A DNA stretch of 64,000 nucleotides from Tetramitus jugosus (taxonomy: Eukaryota > Protista > Heterolobosea): NCBI GenBank assembly GCA_937625935.1, contig OW569347.1, forward strand, positions 558,001 through 622,000. The letters run 5' to 3'. The translations under genes were made by a program, and so were the position numbers. Positions 43,490-54,375 of the stretch are shown one piece after another (the stretch's first letter is position 1; every line of letters begins with the position of its first letter). The notes beneath the pieces were generated by a model, which was not told where the DNA came from, did not search any database, and worked only from the letters and a program-made list of their open reading frames with translations.

Positions 43490-46400
43490 TTACACAAACC
43501 AGAATAGTTCGAGTTTAAGAATTTGGAATCTGGTGCTGCTGCCCGCCAATGGTTCATTCTCGAATGTGACACAGGATTGACTGGATCCTTCTGATATCAT
43601 ACTATCGAATTGAAGACCTGGACCATCGCCTCCTCCTCCTATCACTAGCTTATCCTTTCTTCCCATAACAAAGTAGTCATTCTTACGACTCCACTTGTAC
43701 CTGGTTTCCACAGGATACATGGAATAGAGGAAGGTATCGGTTGTACCACAGTATCTATAGGTTGGTTCGAATGATTCGCCCAGATAGGCACCAAGCACAC
43801 AGGTATTCTTCTTCTTTACCTCCTTTGTTGGAGCTTTTGTTGGCTTCTTCTTTGTATCAGATTTGTGTTGCTTCTCCTCTTCTTCCTTCTTCAATTCCTT
43901 GCGCAGAGATCGTCCTTCTCTTGCTTGTTGCTTGATTAGTTCAATAATCTTTGCACTGTCTTCTTCATCATCCGCTGGTGTGTCAAGTGTTTCTGGTAAT
44001 ATTTCATGAGACACAGGCGACTCCACGGGAGATGAGGCTATTTGATCATTGTCAGGATCCTCCATGTCTGAAGGGACTGCAAGAATAACCATGACACATG
44101 GACCACAATCTTTGCATGCATTGAACAAGCTAGACAAGCTGTATCCATCTCTGGATGTAGTGAACAATAAGTCCAGGGTTCTAACTCTCTGTCTGTACGG
44201 TAGCCATGAATATAGCAATTCCCATTGAGACATGTCAGTGATGATTTCGGATTGAGTCTTGATTCTTGGTTTGACTAAAGTATTGACCTTGCCGACCAAC
44301 TTCAATGGATCAATATTTTCTCTATTCTTTTCATCAAATGATTTCATGTGCTTTCTTCTCAGACTCAAGCTGTAGGCACGCTTGAAGAATGGCAAGGTAT
44401 CTGTCATTTTGAGAGATAGATCCGTGATTAGCAGAGGCATATATGTTGGTGATTGGCATTCCAAAATCTTCTTCTCAAAGGTTTTCAAAATGGCAAAACC
44501 AGTTCTGTACAGAACCTTGCAACCTTCATTGACGAACCCATCAAACATGTTCATCGAGAAGTGGAAAGGCAAGAATGAAACAAACAATCGCTTGAACCAT
44601 TGATTGGCCAACTTTGACAGGTCGAACTGAATTTTCTCAAAGTGTTTTGCAACGTTTGGAATCTTCTTGGCAATAATGTCCTTGAATGTCTCAACAAACA
44701 ACACATTTTGAATCTTGTTCAGTCTGAAATACCAATTTCCCTTTCTGGAGTGTTTAACCATTTGATGAACTGTAGCATAGGCCTGTCTTTCGTTCATTAT
44801 CATCAATAAGATATGAACCATTTCAGGGATCGATGGTGCGAATTCAATATCTGGATTCTGATCTGCCAAGACACACAATATTCTCTTGGCTGCTGAGAGT
44901 CCGTTTGGATTGAGATAGAACCATTCCCGATCAATTGCAGATGGATCAACTTGTGACTCATCATCACTGTCATCATACTCATCCTCTGATTTCAAATGCT
45001 CTGTGTGAGAGTGATGTGTCTTGATTGATGTCTGAGCGTGGCTATGACCAGGCAAATTGCCACCAAATTCTGCAACCACACGAGGATTGATCGCTTCAAT
45101 CGATTGGCTTGTGCTATCTGACTGCTTGTATGATCCGTACAACTTCTCAAAGTCCTTCTCATAGAATGAAGGTTGCTGTTTCAGCAGTGTTGTCGCACCA
45201 GTAATACCCATCCAAAACACTTTTCTTCTCAGTTCAGGAATACCTCTTCGCATCAATTTCTTCACAACTGGAGTGCACTCCTTGTGTGTCTGAGGAACAA
45301 CATTCACCTTTCTCCATGCATTTTTCCTCTCATTCTCAGCACGCATATACTCGACTGCTTGTTCCTTGCTCATGGATCCACGGGGCAATTTGTTCATATC
45401 GACAAACTTTGAATACTCTCTGTATTTGCCAAGACCTGTTGGACTAACCATCTCAAATCCATCTGAATCAATGTCGTCCTTGTGTTGTTGCTCAGACTTG
45501 AAATCATCGTCACCCACCAAGTAAAACTCATCATCCATCTTCATCTTCTCACCAAAATCAAATCCATTGTCATCATCGTCCTTGGTAGTCTTCTTATCAT
45601 CTGAATCTTCATCGTCTTCAAAGTCATCTGCTTCTTCTTCATCTGAATCCTCAAAAATCTCCGCATCTTCCTCTCTCTTGCCCGTGACAGCACTAAACAA
45701 CTTTTCCTGTTGAATCACAGCTTCTGGTAAAATCTTTTCCAACAGTAGCTTGACCATGGTTTTTCCGGTGCGACCCACTGCAATCTGATCACCACGATTC
45801 AATCTCGTATAACCATGATGAAAAATGTCATAGTAACGAATCGTGAGACCCACAGTCTTGCTACTGTCCTGATTGTTCATCATTTTTTCATAGGCACCGT
45901 GCAACCAAGTCTCTGCAGCTGTAATCACCGAGAATGTCATAGTACTCTGTCCAATCAATCGTTCAACCTTGACCTTGCGCTTCACATGAAATGTAAACAC
46001 ATTTTCACTTGGTTTCGGTATCGCAAATTGCATCTCTGATGTCACTTGAATAAACTTGTTTTGATTTTGGTTGAAGAGCATGACGGCTTGAATAGGATTA
46101 TACTGCTGCAACCATTCACTCTGATCCGACTTGATGAGACTGATAATGTCCTTGCCTGTAATGTGAGTCAATTGTCTCACTTGATCATATGTGACACTAG
46201 TGTTCACTGGTGCTTGATGACCACTCGTATGATGACTACTAGTAGTAGTAGCATGTGATGATGATGACGACTTGTTGTTGTTGGTATTGGTGTGGTTAGT
46301 GATGGTAGGAGGATTCTTCATCTTGAGTCGACGCTTGAGAATGTGAGCAGCTGTTCTCGGTATGGTCTTTGCATACTTGTCAGACTCTTCAAAGTACTTG

Positions 46401-46504
46401 ATGACAATGATCTTTTGTGGTTTTCTCTGTTGTTGTTGTTGTTGTTGAGAGGGTCTTGGAGCTTGTTGTTCACCATGTTGATGATGTTGTGGTTGTGGCT
46501 CCAT
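43490..46504 (-). CDS. TBC + TLDc domain protein (TBC1D24-like)
   Basis: LMRRGIPELRRKVFW, IEFAPSIP, WFKRLF, EGCKVLYR; TLDc LLFTTSRDGYSLSSL, GTTDTFLY, IGGG, SQSCVTFENEPL. Confidence 0.88.
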   Translation of the reverse strand: MEPQPQHHQHGEQQAPRPSQQQQQQQRKPQKIIVIKYFEESDKYAKTIPRTAAHILKRRLKMKNPPTITNHTNTNNNKSSSSSHATTTSSHHTSGHQAPVNTSVTYDQVRQLTHITGKDIISLIKSDQSEWLQQYNPIQAVMLFNQNQNKFIQVTSEMQFAIPKPSENVFTFHVKRKVKVERLIGQSTMTFSVITAAETWLHGAYEKMMNNQDSSKTVGLTIRYYDIFHHGYTRLNRGDQIAVGRTGKTMVKLLLEKILPEAVIQQEKLFSAVTGKREEDAEIFEDSDEEEADDFEDDEDSDDKKTTKDDDDNGFDFGEKMKMDDEFYLVGDDDFKSEQQHKDDIDSDGFEMVSPTGLGKYREYSKFVDMNKLPRGSMSKEQAVEYMRAENERKNAWRKVNVVPQTHKECTPVVKKLMRRGIPELRRKVFWMGITGATTLLKQQPSFYEKDFEKLYGSYKQSDSTSQSIEAINPRVVAEFGGNLPGHSHAQTSIKTHHSHTEHLKSEDEYDDSDDESQVDPSAIDREWFYLNPNGLSAAKRILCVLADQNPDIEFAPSIPEMVHILLMIMNERQAYATVHQMVKHSRKGNWYFRLNKIQNVLFVETFKDIIAKKIPNVAKHFEKIQFDLSKLANQWFKRLFVSFLPFHFSMNMFDGFVNEGCKVLYRTGFAILKTFEKKILECQSPTYMPLLITDLSLKMTDTLPFFKRAYSLSLRRKHMKSFDEKNRENIDPLKLVGKVNTLVKPRIKTQSEIITDMSQWELLYSWLPYRQRVRTLDLLFTTSRDGYSLSSLFNACKDCGPCVMVILAVPSDMEDPDNDQIASSPVESPVSHEILPETLDTPADDEEDSAKIIELIKQQAREGRSLRKELKKEEEEKQHKSDTKKKPTKAPTKEVKKKNTCVLGAYLGESFEPTYRYCGTTDTFLYSMYPVETRYKWSRKNDYFVMGRKDKLVIGGGGDGPGLQFDSMISEGSSQSCVTFENEPLAGSSTRFQILKLELFWFV

Positions 46505-46702
46505 TTTGTTGTGAAATTTTGTGGGTGTTGGATGACGCTTGGCACGCACAAATCTTCTGTCGTCTCTGTTTGTTGTTTTTGTTTTTTGGCTTTTTGTGCC
46601 GCGAAATTTTCGGGGTTTCTCTTTCGGGGTGAAGATTCCCTTGTGTTATTGGAAGGAGAGATTTTGTTTTCGTGACGACACAGCGACGGATATTACAATG
46701 CT

Positions 46703-47725
46703 TTACTGTTGGTTTTGGTTGTTGATTGTTTGGGTGCTGAGGTGTTCAAAGATGGCACCCAAGTGACTCAATACATAGTGAGGCTCGTCGTCCTTGTCCT
46801 TGACGTTCAAAATTTCCTTTTCTGTGACCACGCCACTCAACACGGCAACAGTGTTCACACCTCCCAGGTTACCCATTTTAATGTCAGTTTCCAGACGATC
46901 ACCAACCATGCACACTCGTTGTCTGTCCTTGATATCAAACTTGTCACAAATGTAATCGAGCAAGAGACGGTTTGGCTTTCCACAAATTGCATCAACTGCA
47001 TATCTGGCACTGCCTGTTGAGACAGCACTCACAAAGGAACCTGTACCAGGAAACATGTGACCATTGGAGTAAGGAAGCCCATCATCCGTGTTTGTTGCAA
47101 TCAACAAACACTCTGGATTGGATCTCAACAAGAACACTGCCAACGCAAGCTTATAATTGTTAAACAAATTGTCATAGCCAACAACAACAGCAGGCACATC
47201 ATTGGCAAAGTTTGGTGACCGAGACAGCCATTCCTTTGAAAATGCTTCCTCAGAGAACGAATGATGATCGAATTCATTGACTCCAAAGTACTCAACTCCC
47301 GCCAAGGTCAACTCCTCTGCAATACCTTCTCTCCCAATCACAAACACCTTCTTTTTCTTCATTCCTTCTGTATCTGTAGTCGTCTCACTTGTTTCTGCTT
47401 CTGAAACCAATGAAAAATTGGCATGTTCCTTGTGACAGTACTGAGAGAGGTACGTGGCAGCTGCAAAGCTACTTGTTAGGATCTCATCCTTATGCACATC
47501 AATACCCATGCTACTAAACTTTTTAATATAGCCTGCACGTGACTTTGTGCTATTGTTCGTAATGAAATACACTCGTTTGTTGATGGATCGGAGATACTGA
47601 AGGGTTTCTGGTGCATTTTTGAGTGGATGGTTGCCCTCCCAGATGACACCATCACAGTCAAACATGAAAATATCAATTGAGTCTACAAAATTTTGAATGT
47701 CTGACAAGGAAGACAGGAATTTCAT
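46703..47725 (-). CDS. PGP: HAD-IIA phosphoglycolate/pyridoxal phosphatase
   Basis: FDCDGVIW, TNNSTKSR, ATNTD, PGTGS, CGKP, MVGDRLETDI, VLSGV. Confidence 0.93.
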   Translation of the reverse strand: MKFLSSLSDIQNFVDSIDIFMFDCDGVIWEGNHPLKNAPETLQYLRSINKRVYFITNNSTKSRAGYIKKFSSMGIDVHKDEILTSSFAAATYLSQYCHKEHANFSLVSEAETSETTTDTEGMKKKKVFVIGREGIAEELTLAGVEYFGVNEFDHHSFSEEAFSKEWLSRSPNFANDVPAVVVGYDNLFNNYKLALAVFLLRSNPECLLIATNTDDGLPYSNGHMFPGTGSFVSAVSTGSARYAVDAICGKPNRLLLDYICDKFDIKDRQRVCMVGDRLETDIKMGNLGGVNTVAVLSGVVTEKEILNVKDKDDEPHYVLSHLGAIFEHLSTQTINNQNQQ

Positions 47726-47851
47726 TGTTTTGCTAGTTCTTCTTGTGTTGTTTGTGTTTTTCCAATTATGAGCGGACAAAATGTCTTACCGCGAATATTT
47801 TTTCTCCGTGTGAATAATCCGCCAAGTAACACGTTTTCTCTATGAAAAAGA

Positions 47852-49246
47852 ATGTCGACAAGCCCATTCAATCCTCAAAAGGTATCATTCACCGATTTAT
47901 TGCAGCAAATCTCCCTATACAAGCAAGATGTCAATTCCCAAAGTGACAACCAAGATATCCTTCACCTCTTGTTCGAAGCTTGTACCGTTTTCCTTGCCAA
48001 ACGTCTCAAGCTAAAGAAGAAGGATGATTTGCTGAAAGCAAAGGAACTTTTGGCGGCGATCCAATTGCTTGATTGTGATCTTCCTTGTCTCTTTTCTGAC
48101 GAGCATCAGATCTTGAAGATAACAAAATTGGCGCAAAAGAACTTTGGCATTACGGTTGTTGTTCAACAAAGATCCAAGAATCCCCATGCTATCCATGATA
48201 ACAATGGCAAAGCTTCATTAGAGCTTGCAGAAGAAGAAACTACAGAAGAACAAGAGGAAGAAGAGCAGGATCAAGATTTCAAGGACTTGCACTCGTCTAG
48301 TGAACATACTTTGACTGCATCCCATCATCAAACAATGGCTCAACGTGCAGACAAGTACGTTCTCTATCAACAATCTGTGCAAGCTGCCAAGCAAGACGTG
48401 TATTTGTTTGAGAAGATTTACAAGGAACACTTCTCACATCAGCAAGCCACAGTGTTTAGAGAAGATTTTTGTGGTACTGCTTGGCTCTGTACCGAGTGGA
48501 TCAAGAGAAACAAGGTGGAGAATATCGCGGTAGGTGTTGATATTGATCAAGAGCCTGTTGGATGGGGGTTGAAGAACAATATCTCAACGTTGGGATCCGC
48601 ATCTGACTCTGTGTTCATTTACACAGAAGATGTACTAAAATTTGATTGGGATAAGAATCTGAGCAAGGAGGCCGCAAGTCATAGGCAATTGTTGGTCACC
48701 GATGACGATGATGACAACGAAGAAGAGGGAAGTGAAACGCACAATGCAACTGTCAAGAAGGCTCACATTGTTTGTGCCTACAACTATTCGACTTGTCTTC
48801 TCCATGAACGATCACAATTGCTTCAATATTTTGCCAACGTCCGAAAATCTATGAGTCCTAACAATTCCATCTTCCTTCTGGACATTCCCGGAGGCGCTAA
48901 GTTATCTAATGGGCAAGAGAGAACAAAGAAAACTCCTAATAGTCAAGTCGTCTACATGTTTGAACAAGAGAGTTATAATCCATGTACAGATGTAGTCAAA
49001 TTTAACATCCACTTCAAATTCACCTCTGACCAATCAATTATGAGGAGAGCATTTTCATTCCAATTTAGAAAATGGGGTATCAGGGAGGTGATTGAGTGCA
49101 TGAAGCAAGTTGGTTTTTCAGATGTGGCAATCTACTGGTGCACCCATACAGCAAACGATCTGGAATTTAGAAAACTTAATCTGGCAGAGCAACGAAAGCT
49201 TCAACAATCGGACCAATGGACTGCCTTGCTGTGTGCCATCTACTAG
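47852..49246 (+). CDS. SAM-dependent methyltransferase-like protein
   Basis: DKYVLYQQSVQ, REDFCGTA, GVDID, CAYNYS, LQYF, RRAFSF.FRKW.IREV. Confidence 0.8.
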   Translation: MSTSPFNPQKVSFTDLLQQISLYKQDVNSQSDNQDILHLLFEACTVFLAKRLKLKKKDDLLKAKELLAAIQLLDCDLPCLFSDEHQILKITKLAQKNFGITVVVQQRSKNPHAIHDNNGKASLELAEEETTEEQEEEEQDQDFKDLHSSSEHTLTASHHQTMAQRADKYVLYQQSVQAAKQDVYLFEKIYKEHFSHQQATVFREDFCGTAWLCTEWIKRNKVENIAVGVDIDQEPVGWGLKNNISTLGSASDSVFIYTEDVLKFDWDKNLSKEAASHRQLLVTDDDDDNEEEGSETHNATVKKAHIVCAYNYSTCLLHERSQLLQYFANVRKSMSPNNSIFLLDIPGGAKLSNGQERTKKTPNSQVVYMFEQESYNPCTDVVKFNIHFKFTSDQSIMRRAFSFQFRKWGIREVIECMKQVGFSDVAIYWCTHTANDLEFRKLNLAEQRKLQQSDQWTALLCAIY

Positions 49247-49318
49247 CAACATTGTCGTTAGAATCTAAAGTGACAAAAAACAACAACAGAAAATCCAATT
49301 GGTTTGCTCATAAATAAA

Positions 49319-52300
49319 TTATTCTTTTGTTATTCTGTTCTGTAGTTCTTGTGATAAGGTGAAGAGAGCCAGTTTCTTCTCCTGAGTGTAGGCTGTTAAC
49401 TCGTTAATAGCCAAAATGGCTTGTGCAGGGACGAGCCGTCGCGGAATCTTGACACCAACCGCCTTCTCATTGAGACATATCCGCAGAACATCGAGTAGAC
49501 TCTTAAGTCGGCGAGGATCTGCCTTTTCCAGCGATGCTACTTCTTTGGATAACCATAGTGAAATAGTCTCAATAAATTTGGGGCTAGATGCAAACGCGTC
49601 TGCAAGTTGATGCGAGACTTGTAACAGATTACACAAAGAAGGAACCATACTGTATGCCCATGGTTGTTGTTCGACATTGTTCTTCGTGAACAGCTGTATT
49701 AAAGACAGCGCACGGAATGGCTGGGCAATAATACGTTCATATTCGGTTTGTGTATCCGGGGCATTGTTGCTTAATAATTCGCAGAGAGCTTCAATCACCA
49801 TTTGAGGCCACACTGCGCGCGTATTCATCGTCTTAAGGATGCAGAACAGAGCCACAGGACCATCTTGGTTGACCATAAATTCTCTTCGTGTCTCTGCATT
49901 GGTACTAAATGAAAAGCCAAGCAAGAGATCGATGGCAATGTTTTTCATTGGCAAGTCGGCAACAACAATATCTTTCAGTAGAGCAATCGCTCCTTCCTTT
50001 GCTATTGTCTCCTTCCGTTGTATGTTATAGCAACATAACATGAACAGAGCGTTCAAAATATGCACACAAGACTTGCAAGGTATCTTGTCTGGATCTGATA
50101 CATCCTTCTGCTTCAATACCACTGACAATTCTCGAACAAGTGTCTGCAAGACACCGGAGTCAATGACTAACTCCTGTAGGTTAGGATCCGTGAGTGTTGA
50201 AACATTTTTCAAATAGTGAAGAGCATTGAGCTTATCCTGAGGACCTAGCTTTCCTAATATCTCTACCACATCTAACAGCGCACAATAGGGTTAACGAATG
50301 GTTAATAATAATGATTCATCAATAGGATAAAACGCGTATCTCATTCACATACTCTTAATGGCCACCTGGTCTACAGCCAGCATTGTCACATAAACAGAAA
50401 AAGTTAAAAGAATGTTGATAGATTTCTCCAAGTAACCTCGAACAATATCTGTTTCTGTTGGAGCTGGTTTTCGAACAACTACAGTAGCAAACCCATCTTC
50501 ATCATCGCTGGATCCCCAATCTTCATCGTCACTGTCCACGTTGTGCTGTTCGTCACCAATTATTCGCACCATTCTTTTGATGTGTTCACTCAAACACACA
50601 ACTAACTTCTTTGGATCGAACATTCGACACAAGTCTGGTCGCTGCTGTTGGTTACTGCCCGTGTACAGAATATGAGACAAGACATCAATCGTTCTTAGAA
50701 CAGTTTTTCTCACCACGGTATCACTCTCAAAATCTATGAAGAACAACAGTCAATAACAATATTTCAACCAACATGAACAGCTATTGATCAAGACAACATA
50801 CTCTTTGTGTGAAGTAACTTCAATATGATAGATAGGCCTCCAGAAGAAACAAATATTCGGGTACTTGTTGGATCGCCCTCCGTCAGATCGTGTATCAATG
50901 ATATCAGATTCTCAAAAATCTCGGGTACTTCCCAAGTATGCACTAACTCTGATAGGATTGGCAGAATACCAGTCATTAGCAACTTCTCCTTGAGTGCATC
51001 ACTCTTTTTTAAGGAGAGTAGCAGTTTCTGAACCGATAGCACAAGTGATAACGATTTCCTGCGAAGCAAAGAGAGGATAATGATAGTCGATTCGTTCAAT
51101 AAAGTTCGAAATAAAATAGGATACAGTTGACTATCCTCTGCTCTGCGCAAAAGTTCCACGATAATGTTCAGTGCTTCCGCATCGGATGTTTGATATGTAA
51201 TACCATTGACAATACTAGCGGTCTCTTCTTCTATTCGCCTCATTTCGTTCATTTCCATCTCAGATTCATCATCATTTAGGAAGAATTCTTCATCTGTTCC
51301 AATCGATAGTGTTTTCATATTGTAATTCAATCGTTTCTCTAAATCTAGTGATTCGTTGTCGCTACCATTTTCCATTGAATCATCTGAGAAGAAATCAGAG
51401 CTATCATCGTCATTCTCTGATTCCTGATATTCCTGCAATTTTTCACTATTGGACATTGGTATCTCCTTACTTTGCTCCGCCTTCTTCTTTCCTTGCTTTA
51501 TGACAGTCTCGAATGCCCCACTATTCCCGAATGAATCCCACGTATCACTCTTCCAACTATTCGAAAGAGTTGTGTTCCATACATCACTCTTTGTTGGTTT
51601 CTTTATAACTACATGTACGCCACCAGGTGAGTGATGTGATGGACGCGATGACAAAGGTAAATTATCGGCCTGTATGATCCACGGATGTTTCAATAGTTCG
51701 TTGGCCGTCTTCCTCAGCGAAGGTTCCTTTTGAAAACATTGCAATAAGAAATCCTGACACGACGGTGATATGCCTTGAGGCAATGGCGGATGAGGATCCA
51801 TTACAATCTTAAAAAACGCATTCGTTCGATCCAGATCAAAATAAGGCGGCTTTCCAGTTAACAACTCAATCACCATACAACCAACACTCCATATATCGCT
51901 CGCATAAGTCGCACCACTCAACGATATAATCTCCGGTGCCATCCAAAACGGTGTTCCACAAATCTCATTCGTCTGAACGCGCGACAATTTCGAACTGACA
52001 CCAAAATCAGCCAATTTGACATCACCGTCCTTTGTCAACAGCACATTGTCACCCTTGATATCTCGATGAATGATACCTTCACCGTGCAGAATCGATAATC
52101 CTTCCAACACTTGAGCAATATACCGACTGATTCCACTCTCATCAATCTTAAACTTTCTTGTGAGAGCACCCAACGAACCACTCTCCAAATACTCCATCAT
52201 AATATACAAGTAATCACCCGTTCGAATATCATCCTTGTACTGTACGATACGATGGTGATCCAACAGCTTGAGCAATTGAATTTCATTTTGAATTTCTTTA

Positions 52301-52722
52301 ATTTTCTTGGAATCCTTGTTCGCCAACGAAATTTGCTTCACAGCAACCGTTGTCAACGACTTTGTATTAAAAGCTTTGAACACTTTTCCAAATCCACCAC
52401 TAATGTATTGATGAGAGTTCATCAGCACACACAATCACCAATCATTCAACAACAATCATTTCATCATCAAATTTGACAAAATGAGTTGTACAACAAATGA
52501 AAAAACTTGACCACCAAGGATCCTAAAACAAACATACCTGCCTAGCTTATCTCTCATATAAATCTGATAATTTCCAACGATAATCAACTGATTGTCTCCA
52601 CCACCACCAGATGTGGGAGATGATGGAGTGGGTGGATTGGCAGTTGTTGCACCACCACCCAGCACACGCCTATTCATGGGAGAACTGGGATTGTTCCTGT
52701 GGTGCTTGTTGTTGTTATTCAT
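49319..52722 (-). CDS. Cdc7/SepA/MAP3K-epsilon-like STE kinase with C-terminal ARM repeats; introns 52400-52537, 50734-50801, 50272-50352
   Basis: Spliced LGSGGFGKV, VAVK, HRDIKGDN, DFG, GTPFWMAPE, HPPLP; helical ARM-like C-terminus; all three introns are GTATGT...AG and restore frame. Confidence 0.88.
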
Positions 52723-52881
52723 TGAACCTGCTGCTCCTTTGTTTGAACAAAAACAAAACAAGAACGTTGGAAAAAATTGTTCGGAGAAATGAAATCGAAG
52801 TTCTGGGACAAAATCGGAGAATTACAAAAGCATGTTCAATTTCGAGACTGATAATAGGCCATTATACAGTTACTATCACCA

Positions 52882-52954
52882 AGCAATTTGGCGCAGCGGT
52901 TAGCGCGACGGGCTCATAACCCGTAGGTCCCAGGATCGATACCTGGAATTGCTA
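52882..52954 (+). tRNA. trnM-CAU: Initiator tRNA-Met (CAT)
   Basis: A1:U72 acceptor AGCAATT/AATTGCT, GGG/CCC anticodon stem, loop CTCATAA, T-loop ATCGATA (A54/A60), all typical of eukaryotic initiators. Confidence 0.95.
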
Positions 52955-53290
52955 ATAGGAACACCTTTTGTGGCAGCAGTTGTAACCAAATAGATATCGA
53001 GTCCTGGACACATCTTTGAACGAAGGAAACTTCAGGTAAGGTTTATTCAGTTGTTGGCAGTGGTATGAGACGCAACGTGGTTTCATGTCCCTATCAAATA
53101 CTACACGTTTACTAAGTGCTGTCCCATGAAAGATCACCATAATTCTAGACTAACTTAGTCCTTTCGAATCCTGTGAAACAAGGGAGAAACAAACGCGCGT
53201 AATTTTTCATGATACTTCTTGAGTCCCAAACAGACAGCACAAAAAACACAACAAAAGTTTGAGCAAACAGGGAATCATTCAGGAGAACCA

Positions 53291-54310
53291 ATGGCAATCG
53301 TTGAAATTTATTCTGAACTTTGCAGGGACGCATGGTCAATCATTATCCAGTATTGTGACACCCGAGAATGGTTGCAATTGAGTTACACTTGCAAAGGAAT
53401 CAACCAATTTAAATTCAATCGACTGTTCGTGTCCAACAAGAAGAGAACTCTAAAACGTTCTTTGGGAGACGAAGATATTCATCACTGGTTTCGATTGGGA
53501 CAAGGAACACTGTTCAATATTGACGTCGCGGAGCATCCTTATGTGAGGGATGAACATTTACAATATTTTGTCGGCCAAATACACACGCTCAACATGAGCC
53601 ACTGTAACTCAATTACTAACGATGCGTTTCCGTATTTGACTGGCATTCACACACTTGACATGAGTTTTACCTATCGAATCACGGATAAGTCATTTCCTTA
53701 CTTGACTGGCATACACACACTCCATATGAGATATTGCAATAACATTACAGACAATGCATTTTGCCATTTAACTGGTGTTCACACGCTCATCATTAGTGGT
53801 TGTAAGACTATTACGGACAACGCATTTATTCACTTGACTGGAATTCGTAAACTCCTTATGAGTGGTTGTAAGCAAATTACGGATAACGCGTTTTCTTATT
53901 TGACTGGCATTCACACACTTGACATAAGTTGTTGTAGTCAAATCACAGACAATGGGTTCCCTCATTTGGCAGGTATTCACACACTCGATATGAGATATTG
54001 CAATCAAATAACAGATCAAGCCTTTTCTCATTTAGCTGGCATCCGCACACTCAATATTAGTGGTTGCAAGACAATAACGAACAACGCATTTATTCATTTA
54101 ACTGGAATTCACACACTCTATATGAATGAATGTGATCAAGAATCGATTACTGAGGAGGCACTAGCTTATTTGGATGGTATCCACACGCTTGTTTGTAAGC
54201 GAAGCAATATTGTCAAAGCAGCTGAATTATCGAACATCAACACATCTCTTCGGTCAAGTCAATTCATTGGATGGAGAGAACCCATTATTATAGATACAGA
54301 GAAGTCATGA
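53291..54310 (+). CDS. Leucine-rich repeat protein (22-aa ITDxAFxxLxGIHTLxMxxC repeats) with an F-box-like N-terminus
   Basis: About 9-10 tandem 66-bp repeats; N-terminus ELCRDAWSIIIQYC...LSYTCK. Confidence 0.85.
   Translation: MAIVEIYSELCRDAWSIIIQYCDTREWLQLSYTCKGINQFKFNRLFVSNKKRTLKRSLGDEDIHHWFRLGQGTLFNIDVAEHPYVRDEHLQYFVGQIHTLNMSHCNSITNDAFPYLTGIHTLDMSFTYRITDKSFPYLTGIHTLHMRYCNNITDNAFCHLTGVHTLIISGCKTITDNAFIHLTGIRKLLMSGCKQITDNAFSYLTGIHTLDISCCSQITDNGFPHLAGIHTLDMRYCNQITDQAFSHLAGIRTLNISGCKTITNNAFIHLTGIHTLYMNECDQESITEEALAYLDGIHTLVCKRSNIVKAAELSNINTSLRSSQFIGWREPIIIDTEKS
53580..54190 (+). repeat. Degenerate 66-bp tandem coding repeat (LRR units)
   Basis: Recurrent ...ACTGGCATTCACACACTT... at about 66-nt period. 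Confidence 0.8.
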
Positions 54311-54375
54311 ATTCGTAATTAATTATTGATTGACTCAGTAATAAATACATTGAATGATTCATTTATCAAGGAATG

